Below are positions 28,315-37,251 of a DNA stretch of 64,000 bases, piece by piece. Each line of letters starts with the position of its first letter. Position 1 is the first letter of the stretch. The translations under genes and the position numbers were made by a program. Source of the stretch: an uncultured Candidatus Saccharibacteria bacterium. Lineage in GTDB: Bacteria > Patescibacteriota > Minisyncoccia > Phycocordibacterales > UBA918. Below the pieces are notes generated by a model. The model searched no databases, was not told the DNA's origin, and worked only from the letters and a program-made list of their open reading frames with translations. The stretch is from positions 64,382-128,381 of the forward strand of contig CAYGLK010000002.1 in the NCBI GenBank assembly GCA_964350985.1, in the 5' to 3' direction.

Positions 28315-31300
28315 ACTCACCACTTGCAGTTCGACCGAAAAATTCTGGGTTATACAACTCTCCTACCCAAACCGGTAGGTGTTGATACTGTCCTGGAACC
28401 AAAGTGCGCAAGTAATACTCGTAGACATAAGTACCTGGATCTAAACTTTCCTGGAAGACAAAAATACGGTCATCATGTAACTCTTCAGTACCACCTCTAA
28501 AAGCTCGTGTATATTGTCGACGGTTTGGTTTCAAAGCTTCTTTCTCATCTTTATAAACATCAACAGTTTCTAATGCAGCAAATTCACCAGTTGACATAAA
28601 GGCAGCGACATCAAACTTATTTTCTGCCTGTACCTTCGCAGCTGACTTGATCGCAGCATCAAGCACGATTTTATTCTCAGTAGAATAATCGAAGTTAATA
28701 ATTTCAAAACCAGCTGGAATCTTATCTTCAATAGCCATCATACGCATCGGAGAACCAATAGAGAAAGTTATGCGGCCCAAAACAGTATCACCTACTGTTG
28801 CTTCTGTGAGTGGGTTTTGTTTATCTATGTCATCCAAGGCAAAGAATTCACGAGTAACCTGCACACCTTCATCTCGACCAGGTAATACTTCACGATCAAG
28901 ATAGTACTTCATCTCAATATCGTAATAAATTGTATTATTTTGTCGTGCATCCGCTTCTACTTGAGTAAATGTAAAGAGATGTTCTTCACCTAAACCTAAC
29001 TCATCAAAGGTCAAAAGTTTAGATAGTCCTTCAAGTTTTGGTTGTAGTTCAGTGTTATGAGTTGCGATTATTTCACCATCTAAAAGAGCAGTTATCACTG
29101 TGCGTGCTCCTGATTCACCTTTCCACTCAATATAATCTGTAAGTGTCTGCACTACAACATGAGTAGTATTAGTTGTACCCCAAGCACCATCAAACTGTCG
29201 CTCTGACAAAAGCCAATCTACAATCTTTGGCGCCAAATCTGTCTCACGTTCTTGAGTAGTAATTGCTCTTAGAAGAATCGCTGTGTTTGCCATGTCAGTT
29301 TCGTAAAAACTTTTAGCAAAACTTACTGAGCTACGACTAATATATATACCGTCATTATTTTCGCGCAAACGGCGTTCTATTTCATTCCAGACTGTATAAC
29401 GATCCCAGAACCATAGCTCGTCTGACAAAAGTGCAGCATAAACAAGTGAATGAGTACTGAAATTTCGGATCGCTTTACGTGTAATACTTTTTCGTAGTTC
29501 TGAAACTCCTACATCAACTGCCCGTGGTCGCGGATCAATCTCTTTTAAGGTTACTAACCGTGTAGTCAAATAATCCATCTTCCAAGAACTATCTACTATA
29601 CTGTCTTCATTAAACCTTCTACTCGCAACTGTACCGGCAAATTTCTTTGCTTGGTTTAAGACATCCTCGTCTATTTCAATGCCATATTTTTCGAGTGACA
29701 ATAAAACAGACAATACATGTAGCGACAATGACACATCAGAACGCAATCCTCGATAATATCCAAAACCACCATCTCTTGCTTGTGATTCATAAATTTGTTT
29801 AAGACCTTGCTGAAGTGCTTCGTTTACTGAATAGGTATTATTATTGAATTCAACTGTTTCTAGTCGATATTCAGACCCCAATCCTTCAAGAGAAGTTAAG
29901 TGACTGATTGTTGCTAAGGTAGCTAGTTTACTAGCTAGTTGCTCGCTACATCCATAAGGATATGCTGCCATATAATTTAGTGAGTCTTCAAGGTAGGCTC
30001 CGACTGTGCCAAAAGCCTTAACTGTGACACCACCTAATTCTTGATGAATTTCAGTCGGGGTAAAAATCTTTTCTTCAATCAACTCACCGCTGGTTTGAGC
30101 TCCACGGAAGACTGTTTCATACAAAGTGTTTTCCACCACCGGAATCTGCTTACGGACAGAGTCTTCAAACAAACTGTTGCCGGCCACAAATAATACTTCA
30201 TGAGATCCGCCTAATATACTTCTTGGTGCTTCAACATCAAAGAACAAACGTTTAGATCCTTCAGCTGGAATAGTTACAGTTTGTGGCTTTCCTACCAGAA
30301 CCAATGAATCACTCTCTATGGTAAAGGTAATAGTTTGCGAGACTTTAGTACGATTAAGAACTTCCGCTCCAAGCGATAATTTATCACCTGGAACTAAGAA
30401 TCGAGGATAAAGCGGCGTCATTATTAAATCTTTTTTCTCTTCAAATTCCATATAATTGACACCTACTTTAGTATCCTTTGTGATACCAATAGTTTCTACT
30501 TGCCACCGTGTTAGGTTATCTGGCAATGTAAACTTAACAGTTGCTCGTCCGTTTGAGTCAGTTACAACATCGGCTGCCCAGAAAGCTGTATCTTTGAAGA
30601 CACCACGTTCACGCTTTGCCAAATCAACTCCTCCATCTCCTCCTTTAGTACCTGTTGGAATTTCAATTTCTTCATGGACAAATTTTAAATTAGAACTTGT
30701 TATCACATCGTGACTGAATCGGTTGTAGAAAAAAGCCAGTGGATCTCTTTTTGGATTACCTTTAAGAGCTAAGACACTCAAGTCGACTGCTGCAATAGAT
30801 ACTTCTGCCGGAACTGGAAGACCATCGTTATTTTTTGTTTCCACCTGCAAAGTAACCTCTTCCCCAGGCAGGTATGCTTTTTTGTTACTGATTACATTTA
30901 TATCGAGGTTGTATACATCATGGTCAATTTGATAATATACTTCTCCATACTTAACAGATGGCTCAGAAGAAATCAGGGTCACTGTCACAACCACGTTTGG
31001 AGAGTGATCCTTTTTAGCCACAAAGTCATAGTCGAAGAAATTTGCATCCACATCAATGACTTCATACTCCATCACACTTCCTCGCTCAACAGTAACTAGT
31101 GCCTTTGCTTTTTGGTACGGAGACTTAATAATTAACTTACTAGTTTGACCAACAGCTAAGTCAACTTCATCTACAGCGATGTCTAATGTTCTATCGTTAT
31201 TTCTTCTAACTGGCACTGCACCTTTACCGTAAACATACTGAGACGCGCTTGCTAAATACGGATTACCACGCTCATCTACACCAGATAACCGCAAAATATA

Positions 31301-34300
31301 TCTCCCAGCTTTATCAAAGGTAAATGGCAGCTCTAACAGACCATTTTGATTGGTTGTCACCTCTGCGTCAAAAACAGGTACTTCAATCTCTTCTGAGTGC
31401 ACATAGAAACTACCGTCAACTTCACGTCGTTCAAACTGTTTCCAATCTTCCCGTACAATCTCCATATTTACTTTTCCTGGACGACCGACTCCTTCAGTAT
31501 CAACAGTTCGAATTTCAATTATGTTGCTCTCACCAACAGCGCTAAAGTGATCTAATGTTCGTACCGCGCCGTAAAGCATAGCTCGGTGAACAATGAAAGA
31601 AGCCTGGGTAGAAACACTCCGACCACTCGCATCTTTAACAGTGGCGTTGATAACGAAAATTTTACTTGTATTAGAATTTTCCTCGTCTTCAAATAATTTA
31701 TTAAAATCAAGTTCAGTTAAAATGTTAGCCACTCCATTTTCTAGAGGTACTTCCCCTCTAGCAACAAACTGATCGTAATACCCACACTGGCTACAGTATT
31801 CATCAAAAGAACCATATCGAAAACGCCTATCATTTCCTTTATCAAAATAGTAATTTTGTGTTGTGATAGCGTAGGAAACAGTACCTTCAGCTACCGGAGC
31901 ACCAAAGAAATAATCTGCTGATACAATAACATCAAGTGTTTCTCCGGCGACATATTCATCGCGTTGCGATGTTGCCTTCACTTCAAACGGAGATGGGGTA
32001 TATTCTTCAACTGAAAAATAAGAGTACCCCACGTTGTAACCGGACCAAGTCTGAGCATGAATACTGTAACTACCTAAGGGTGCATTTTCTGGTAAAACTA
32101 ACTCTGCTGCAACAGTTCCGTATTCAGACAAACTGGTTGAAGTTGAAAAGATTTGACCACCTGGCCCACTAACCGTAACCGTAACTATCCGGTCAGCAAA
32201 GATTTCGTACTTGGCGTCATATCCAATTCGGTGCAATCCTTTAATGAAAACTTCATGTCCAGGCCGATAGATTGGCCGGTCAGTATAAAGATACATTTGT
32301 TCAATTTCATGCACTGCCCCAGAAGAACTGATTGTGTCAGCCCAACTACTAACCATAGCTGAGTCATCACCACTTATTACATAAGCTCCAACAGCATCAG
32401 CAACTGTTTTAACCAAACCTACTCCATCTTCATTTGTTACCACTGTTGCAGCTCGCTCAATAAGCACTTTATTTCCTGGTGCTGTATCACGATAAACTGA
32501 AATCTGAGCTCCTTCGACAGGATCTAAAGTTGAAAGATTACTTACCCAATATAGACCTGAGCCAGCACCGTCTCTAACAATACCGGTTTTACGATCAGTA
32601 ACTTCTTCACTATTAAGATCAAATTGATTAGTTCTTTTTTCTACCAAAGACAAATTAGTCACACTTGTATACATGTGATCAAAATACTGTCGTTCAGTAT
32701 TTTTCTTAAACTGATAATCAGAATATTTCAGCTCTGGATGAGTCACTGTGATAACGTAGTGCCCTTTCACATTATTAAAGTATTGTTGCAAATCAAGTTG
32801 CACATAACTAGTCCCAGATGGGTTTGAGAGATCTATACGTCGATCTTGTCTTTCAAGACAATTGCTCGGCGCCTCTTGTCCACGACCCAACTCACCACCA
32901 ATGCGAAGCATTTCTTCTGGAGATAATTTACAAATAGTTAAATCAATATAATCAATGTTTCCAAAACTATAGGTAAAAGCGGTACGGTCTGGAGTTGTCA
33001 CCTCGTAACGTTGATGTAGATTTTTCATCCAAGCAACCTTTTTTATTTCAGTTACCACTGGCTTTACTCTTTCTGGAGTACGGAAAGATGTTTCAGTGCT
33101 TAACTGATTTCCAAAAACATCTTCCGGGGTTAGCTTAATTACATAATCCGTTTCCGGCAACAAGCTAAACTGAACCGTTGTCTTAAAAGAACCGGCACAG
33201 AGTGGTTGTGATTGAAGCGGTAAAAGTGTTTCGTAAGGGGTTACAAAAGATGAAATTTCAGATCTACTAAAAGAGTATATTGGTTGTTCGGTTTGAAATA
33301 GATCTTTGTAATTTAAAGAACGATATTCAATAATTGGATTTGACGAGCAAACTGTAAGACTTCTATCTTCACTACCTGCAGTTGGTATAACTTCTGTAAT
33401 TACTAATGGTCCAACTGTTTTAAACTTAACCTCTTCCTTAACATCAGCGATTCGAACACCATCGAGATCAAAGAAATCACTGATTGTAAGCGTGTAGTCT
33501 TTAGCAAGCTCTAACTGTTCACCCACAAAAGAAACTTCAACGACCGAATCATTGTACCTATTACAAACTGGATCATAGGCTTCGCATAGACTTTGATACT
33601 TTACTGTTGCTACAGATCGACCAACGCCACTTATAGTTAACTTATCTTTATCAACCGGTTGTGAGAAGTACAAACGTATGACACCTTGAGGATCAAAGTA
33701 ATCACTTCTTACTTCACGACTCCGTTGCGAATATACATCGCTTCTCATCAAAAGATTCGCCACTGTACTTGTTGCTCTGATATCTGGGGATGTCAAAGTC
33801 CCTTCTGTCGGACGAATATTTGTGACTGTGTAGCTTATTGATTCACCAAAAAACCATCGGGCTTCATTTTCTACTGGTCTAACTATAACGGTACTACGAT
33901 CTATTACGTTCTCTTTTTGTTTTAGGTCAGGGTTATAGGTTAAGCTGCTGTCATACTCCAAGGTAACTGGTATAGAATTATTATCCTTATTCACCACTGC
34001 AATCTCCATATCTTCTATTGATACAGGCTGATTAAATGAAAAACGAAGTGGATCTTGAGCCCGTAAGTTACCACGAGAGTACTCAGTCGTTCTCAATCTA
34101 TTCACGGTAAAATTATATTCTTCTTTAGGTACTTGTAGACCATCAACTGAATAAAATCCTTCTCCAACTGTTACTGTATAATCTGACGACCTAGTTAATC
34201 TTTTGGCAGGAATAAATTCTAGCTGTCTTTCACTAGCCCACACAAAAGAACCTTCTGTAGGTGGTGTAATAGTGATCGGGACATCTATTTCATAGTCTCG

Positions 34301-35386
34301 ATCTAGAGCCTGTAGCGGTACCATTGGCCTATTAAAGGTAAAGGTCAAAATAGTTTCCTCGCTGACATTTCCAACATTTAGATTTGGTTCAAACAAATCA
34401 ATCTTGGGACGCTGCACAGCCCGGAAGCGCTTTTCACTAATTGAACCGTCAGAATTTTCGTAAGATAAAGTATAAAAATTATTCTCTTCTAGCGGTTCAC
34501 TTAATTTAAAAACAATATAATCAGGTGATGTTGTCCTTCCCCACCAAGTACTAATACTTGGATCAAAATCAACATTAAATCGAGACAAGAATTTGCCTTC
34601 ACCTTCAGGTAAACGAACAACAATTGGACCATCAAGAGGAACTGTATCGCGGATTAATTGATAATCGTTACGTAACTCGTCAGGAGTTAGTGTGACTGGC
34701 CGAGTGATAATCCAAGTAAAGTAAGCTAGTGCGCCAAGTAGTAGTATGAATAACGCTATATAATGATTTTGTCTAAACTTTTTACTTAGACTGAAATTCC
34801 TCCACCACCATCTGATAGGTAGCAGGAGAAAATGCAGTACAATCTTTCCCTTCGCAAACAGAACATTAAGAAAGACTAAGTTTATCTTTGGAACTGAGAC
34901 CTCTTCGGTAGATCCTTTTGTTAGTTCATTAAACTGGATATTACGACTATATAAACCGTGTACTATTAAATAATAGATTCCTATACTCAAGAAAAATGGT
35001 AATAAGTAGAGTACGTACGAGAAGATAAGGGTTAAGGAAAAGCCTTTCGCTATACTTTTAGAAACAACATCATAGATAAACAATAAACTTCCAGCCAAGG
35101 CCAGAAGACAAACAAGCGCCTGAGCGATATAGAGACCTAGTCGAATACGACGATATTTACCTATTTTTACTGATCCTTTAATGACAAACAATTGATATAA
35201 CGGAGTCAATGAATATTTACTAGACAGAATAATAATAGCAATCCAATAGATGGCTGGTATAAGGGAGCTACCAGTGTAGCTAAAAACTCTTTCAATGGTT
35301 AATGAACTATTAACCAAGGTCATCAACACCAAAGCTGAACCGACAAGTACTGCCGGATGAGACCAAGTAAAGAGGAGGCGAAACAT
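28298..35386 (-). CDS. Giant (2362 aa) membrane-anchored alpha-2-macroglobulin-family protein (bacterial A2M/YfhM-like)
   Basis: N-terminal TM segments; thioester-type motif YPYGCSEQ; size and beta-rich repeat organisation consistent with the A2M family. Confidence 0.7.
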   Translation of the reverse strand: MFRLLFTWSHPAVLVGSALVLMTLVNSSLTIERVFSYTGSSLIPAIYWIAIIILSSKYSLTPLYQLFVIKGSVKIGKYRRIRLGLYIAQALVCLLALAGSLLFIYDVVSKSIAKGFSLTLIFSYVLYLLPFFLSIGIYYLIVHGLYSRNIQFNELTKGSTEEVSVPKINLVFLNVLFAKGKIVLHFLLLPIRWWWRNFSLSKKFRQNHYIALFILLLGALAYFTWIITRPVTLTPDELRNDYQLIRDTVPLDGPIVVRLPEGEGKFLSRFNVDFDPSISTWWGRTTSPDYIVFKLSEPLEENNFYTLSYENSDGSISEKRFRAVQRPKIDLFEPNLNVGNVSEETILTFTFNRPMVPLQALDRDYEIDVPITITPPTEGSFVWASERQLEFIPAKRLTRSSDYTVTVGEGFYSVDGLQVPKEEYNFTVNRLRTTEYSRGNLRAQDPLRFSFNQPVSIEDMEIAVVNKDNNSIPVTLEYDSSLTYNPDLKQKENVIDRSTVIVRPVENEARWFFGESISYTVTNIRPTEGTLTSPDIRATSTVANLLMRSDVYSQRSREVRSDYFDPQGVIRLYFSQPVDKDKLTISGVGRSVATVKYQSLCEAYDPVCNRYNDSVVEVSFVGEQLELAKDYTLTISDFFDLDGVRIADVKEEVKFKTVGPLVITEVIPTAGSEDRSLTVCSSNPIIEYRSLNYKDLFQTEQPIYSFSRSEISSFVTPYETLLPLQSQPLCAGSFKTTVQFSLLPETDYVIKLTPEDVFGNQLSTETSFRTPERVKPVVTEIKKVAWMKNLHQRYEVTTPDRTAFTYSFGNIDYIDLTICKLSPEEMLRIGGELGRGQEAPSNCLERQDRRIDLSNPSGTSYVQLDLQQYFNNVKGHYVITVTHPELKYSDYQFKKNTERQYFDHMYTSVTNLSLVEKRTNQFDLNSEEVTDRKTGIVRDGAGSGLYWVSNLSTLDPVEGAQISVYRDTAPGNKVLIERAATVVTNEDGVGLVKTVADAVGAYVISGDDSAMVSSWADTISSSGAVHEIEQMYLYTDRPIYRPGHEVFIKGLHRIGYDAKYEIFADRIVTVTVSGPGGQIFSTSTSLSEYGTVAAELVLPENAPLGSYSIHAQTWSGYNVGYSYFSVEEYTPSPFEVKATSQRDEYVAGETLDVIVSADYFFGAPVAEGTVSYAITTQNYYFDKGNDRRFRYGSFDEYCSQCGYYDQFVARGEVPLENGVANILTELDFNKLFEDEENSNTSKIFVINATVKDASGRSVSTQASFIVHRAMLYGAVRTLDHFSAVGESNIIEIRTVDTEGVGRPGKVNMEIVREDWKQFERREVDGSFYVHSEEIEVPVFDAEVTTNQNGLLELPFTFDKAGRYILRLSGVDERGNPYLASASQYVYGKGAVPVRRNNDRTLDIAVDEVDLAVGQTSKLIIKSPYQKAKALVTVERGSVMEYEVIDVDANFFDYDFVAKKDHSPNVVVTVTLISSEPSVKYGEVYYQIDHDVYNLDINVISNKKAYLPGEEVTLQVETKNNDGLPVPAEVSIAAVDLSVLALKGNPKRDPLAFFYNRFSHDVITSSNLKFVHEEIEIPTGTKGGDGGVDLAKRERGVFKDTAFWAADVVTDSNGRATVKFTLPDNLTRWQVETIGITKDTKVGVNYMEFEEKKDLIMTPLYPRFLVPGDKLSLGAEVLNRTKVSQTITFTIESDSLVLVGKPQTVTIPAEGSKRLFFDVEAPRSILGGSHEVLFVAGNSLFEDSVRKQIPVVENTLYETVFRGAQTSGELIEEKIFTPTEIHQELGGVTVKAFGTVGAYLEDSLNYMAAYPYGCSEQLASKLATLATISHLTSLEGLGSEYRLETVEFNNNTYSVNEALQQGLKQIYESQARDGGFGYYRGLRSDVSLSLHVLSVLLSLEKYGIEIDEDVLNQAKKFAGTVASRRFNEDSIVDSSWKMDYLTTRLVTLKEIDPRPRAVDVGVSELRKSITRKAIRNFSTHSLVYAALLSDELWFWDRYTVWNEIERRLRENNDGIYISRSSVSFAKSFYETDMANTAILLRAITTQERETDLAPKIVDWLLSERQFDGAWGTTNTTHVVVQTLTDYIEWKGESGARTVITALLDGEIIATHNTELQPKLEGLSKLLTFDELGLGEEHLFTFTQVEADARQNNTIYYDIEMKYYLDREVLPGRDEGVQVTREFFALDDIDKQNPLTEATVGDTVLGRITFSIGSPMRMMAIEDKIPAGFEIINFDYSTENKIVLDAAIKSAAKVQAENKFDVAAFMSTGEFAALETVDVYKDEKEALKPNRRQYTRAFRGGTEELHDDRIFVFQESLDPGTYVYEYYLRTLVPGQYQHLPVWVGELYNPEFFGRTASGEFTVVK

Positions 35387-35636
35387 AACAAAACAATAGC
35401 ATGATGTATGGCTAAATCAAACAAAATAGTGGTTAATTTTTTATTAAAGTGACTCGAAGCGGAGTAAAGAAATTATCACAATGATTTTACTCTAGATGGT
35501 TACGGGAAATATTCCCTCTTTGAGTAAAGGACCTTCATATAAAACAGCTCTAAGAACGCCAGGAAATGAGCGAGGCTCATTTCCTGACTTTCTTCATATC
35601 CCAAAATACCCTTATTTTACAAGCACTTTCTAGTGC

Positions 35637-35664
35637 TTGACATTATTTTTATATATGCTATATT
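35637..35664 (+). promoter_or_regulatory. Near-consensus sigma70 promoter TTGACA-16 nt-TATATT
   Basis: Read directly from the sequence at 35637-35642 and 35659-35664. Confidence 0.4.
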
Positions 35665-35733
35665 AGATGGGTCACGACTTTTCGTGGCCATGCCTATAGC
35701 AGGCATGTTTCGCTCTTCTAAAAGGATCTCACC

Positions 35734-35862
35734 ATGAGCTACCCCCATGTGCATGACCGGATTGACGAGGATACGAATCCCAGCGAAGATCAGAATGCGA
35801 ATCCCGGCGCCGGCGGCGATCTGCCCGACACCCCCTCACCCGCGGTGACCAGCGACAGCTGA
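35734..35862 (+). CDS. GC-rich 42-aa acidic/Pro-rich small ORF (MSYPHVHDRIDEDTNPSEDQNANPGAGGDLPDTPSPAVTSDS), speculative
   Basis: AAGGA 8 nt upstream of the ATG; lies inside a GC-rich island downstream of a strong promoter. Confidence 0.25.
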   Translation: MSYPHVHDRIDEDTNPSEDQNANPGAGGDLPDTPSPAVTSDS

Positions 35863-36383
35863 GCAACCTGCGCGGCGGGCCCTGCGACGCACGCGAAACG
35901 TCGCTAGGGCCTGCGAGTAATACGCTGCGGACATGTCGAGAGGGGTTTAGGTAGAATCAATTACATCCCCGAACGTCCGCGTCGCAGCCGGAAGCCGAGT
36001 ATGATGGGGCCTTTTTGCCCCGCTTCAGTGCTCCGGCGAAACTGGGCTGTCTCTCTGAGATCGGTCCAAAAGCCCCGATACAGTTAAACGTATTCGGGTT
36101 TGCGCACCATGCGCACAACTGTCGGTCGCGGTACGATACCGCGACCGACTCAACCAAAGGAACGAGCATGCCCTACCATGCCCGAGGTCCCCCGACAAAA
36201 TAGACGAAATAGTGGGGCGCATTGCGCGCCCCACCGATGCTTCCTTCACTGGGGGCATTTTTGTATATTAAATTTAAATTTTCTACCCAAATAAATATCT
36301 ATAAAAGAACCTTCCGGCCCAAGCTCCGGCTTGTGATGTTTTTCATATTTAAATTTTCAACTACTTTTTAAATTTTCTGCGTA

Positions 36384-36412
36384 TTGACTTTGTTTCAGCA
36401 ACCACATAATAT
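36384..36412 (+). promoter_or_regulatory. Sigma70-like promoter TTGACT-17 nt-TAATAT
   Basis: 36384-36389 and 36407-36412; precedes GAGGG-7nt-ATG of a 26-codon GC-rich ORF (36454-36534, MKTQISQFHSPPFASTALRVDQHPKG). Confidence 0.35.
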
Positions 36413-36723
36413 TAAAAGTGCTTGCAAACCGCAGACATTCGCGAGGGTGCGTCATGAAGACCCAGATCTCCCAGTTCCATTCCCCGCCGTTCGCTTCCAC
36501 CGCGCTCCGCGTCGATCAGCACCCGAAAGGCTGACCGACACCCCGTACACTGGGTCACGACTGGCCCCCAGACAGGTCATCGCGGGTGAACCTCTCACCC
36601 GCGATGAACCAAGCCTCGAGCCCCAAAGCTCGCGGTTTTTCTTTTGTCTAAATTTTCACCTTCTTTTTAAAATAATTTTTCTGTGCTAGATTATTAGTCG
36701 ACCAGTACATAAGGATCATGCCT

Positions 36724-36861
36724 ATGAAAAATCCGTGTCTGAGCCTGAATCTCGGACACAAGCATTTACCGCGCAGGCCAGGGGATAGTCGTGAGACTTC
36801 CCCCTGGCCATTTGTATTTAATAACCAGCTTTATTGTCCCCTTTCTCCAAATACGGTATAG
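36724..36861 (+). CDS. 45-aa small ORF (MKNPCLSLNLGHKHLPRRPGDSRETSPWPFVFNNQLYCPLSPNTV), speculative
   Basis: AAGGAT 7 nt upstream; contains a GC hairpin ggccagggg..ccccctggcc; stop lies 16 nt before the tRNA. Confidence 0.2.
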   Translation: MKNPCLSLNLGHKHLPRRPGDSRETSPWPFVFNNQLYCPLSPNTV

Positions 36862-36876
36862 TTTCCAAGCCGACAT

Positions 36877-36949
36877 CCGCCTGTAGCTCAGTTGGTAGAG
36901 CGCAGAGCTTATACCTCTGTGGTCCTTGGTTCGAGTCCAAGCGGGCGGA
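36877..36949 (+). tRNA. tRNA with anticodon UAU (loop CTTATAC), putatively tRNA-Ile(UAU); no encoded CCA
   Basis: Acceptor CCGCCTG/CGGGCGG (one G-U), TAGCTCAGTTGGTAGAGC D-arm, anticodon stem CAGAG/CTCTG, T-arm CTTGG-TTCGAGT-CCAAG, discriminator A. Confidence 0.7.
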
Positions 36950-36955
36950 CTGGCG

Positions 36956-37021
36956 TAAAATAAAACTGACAATTGTTAACAATTGTCAGTTTTATTTTAG
37001 TTAGCAAACTTTTTTGCTAAC
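36956..37021 (+). terminator. Double terminator: 44-nt perfect palindrome taaaataaaactgacaattgttaacaattgtcagttttatttta, then hairpin gttagcaaa-ctttt-ttgctaac
   Basis: Perfect palindromes read directly. Confidence 0.6.
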
Positions 37022-37165
37022 GGCGCCAGTCCGAGCCGCAGCGCTGCGAACTAGTGAGCCGCGAGGCGGGATCGCGAACACTTAGTATATTTGGAGTGGT
37101 CGAACAAATATACTTAGTGATTCGTGATGACTGAATGTTTTAAATTTATATTCCTACTGGTCCTT
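37022..37165. repeat. tRNA-linked repeat C: inverted copy of the tRNA 3' trailer (cgccagtccg), then one unit homologous to array B; contains a perfect 15-bp AT-rich hairpin
   Basis: Hairpin is cacttagtatatttg / caaatatacttagtg. About 70 nt align with 17040-17110 of array B. Followed by the terminator aaaaagaacaacg-tcta-acgttgttcttttt (37170-37200). Confidence 0.55.
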
Positions 37166-37251
37166 GGCTAAAAAGAACAACGTCTAACGTTGTTCTTTTT
37201 ATTTTGGAAAAACTCAAATCCCCTTATCTCCTTAAGCTATAATAAATAAAC

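Noticed and set aside
35940-36100. 5S rRNA-like fragments (CCCCGAAC, GCCGAGUAUGAUGGGG)
   Set aside because: There is only patchy similarity to the loop C and helix IV consensus, no helix I closure, and no 16S/23S nearby.
36384-36689. 101-aa plus-strand ORF
   Set aside because: Its start codon lies inside the predicted -35 hexamer of the promoter. It runs through terminator-like hairpins and AT-rich promoter cassettes, so the shorter SD-supported ORFs or ncRNA are preferred.
36766-36972. 68-aa minus-strand ORF
   Set aside because: It overlaps the UAU tRNA and its palindromic terminator.
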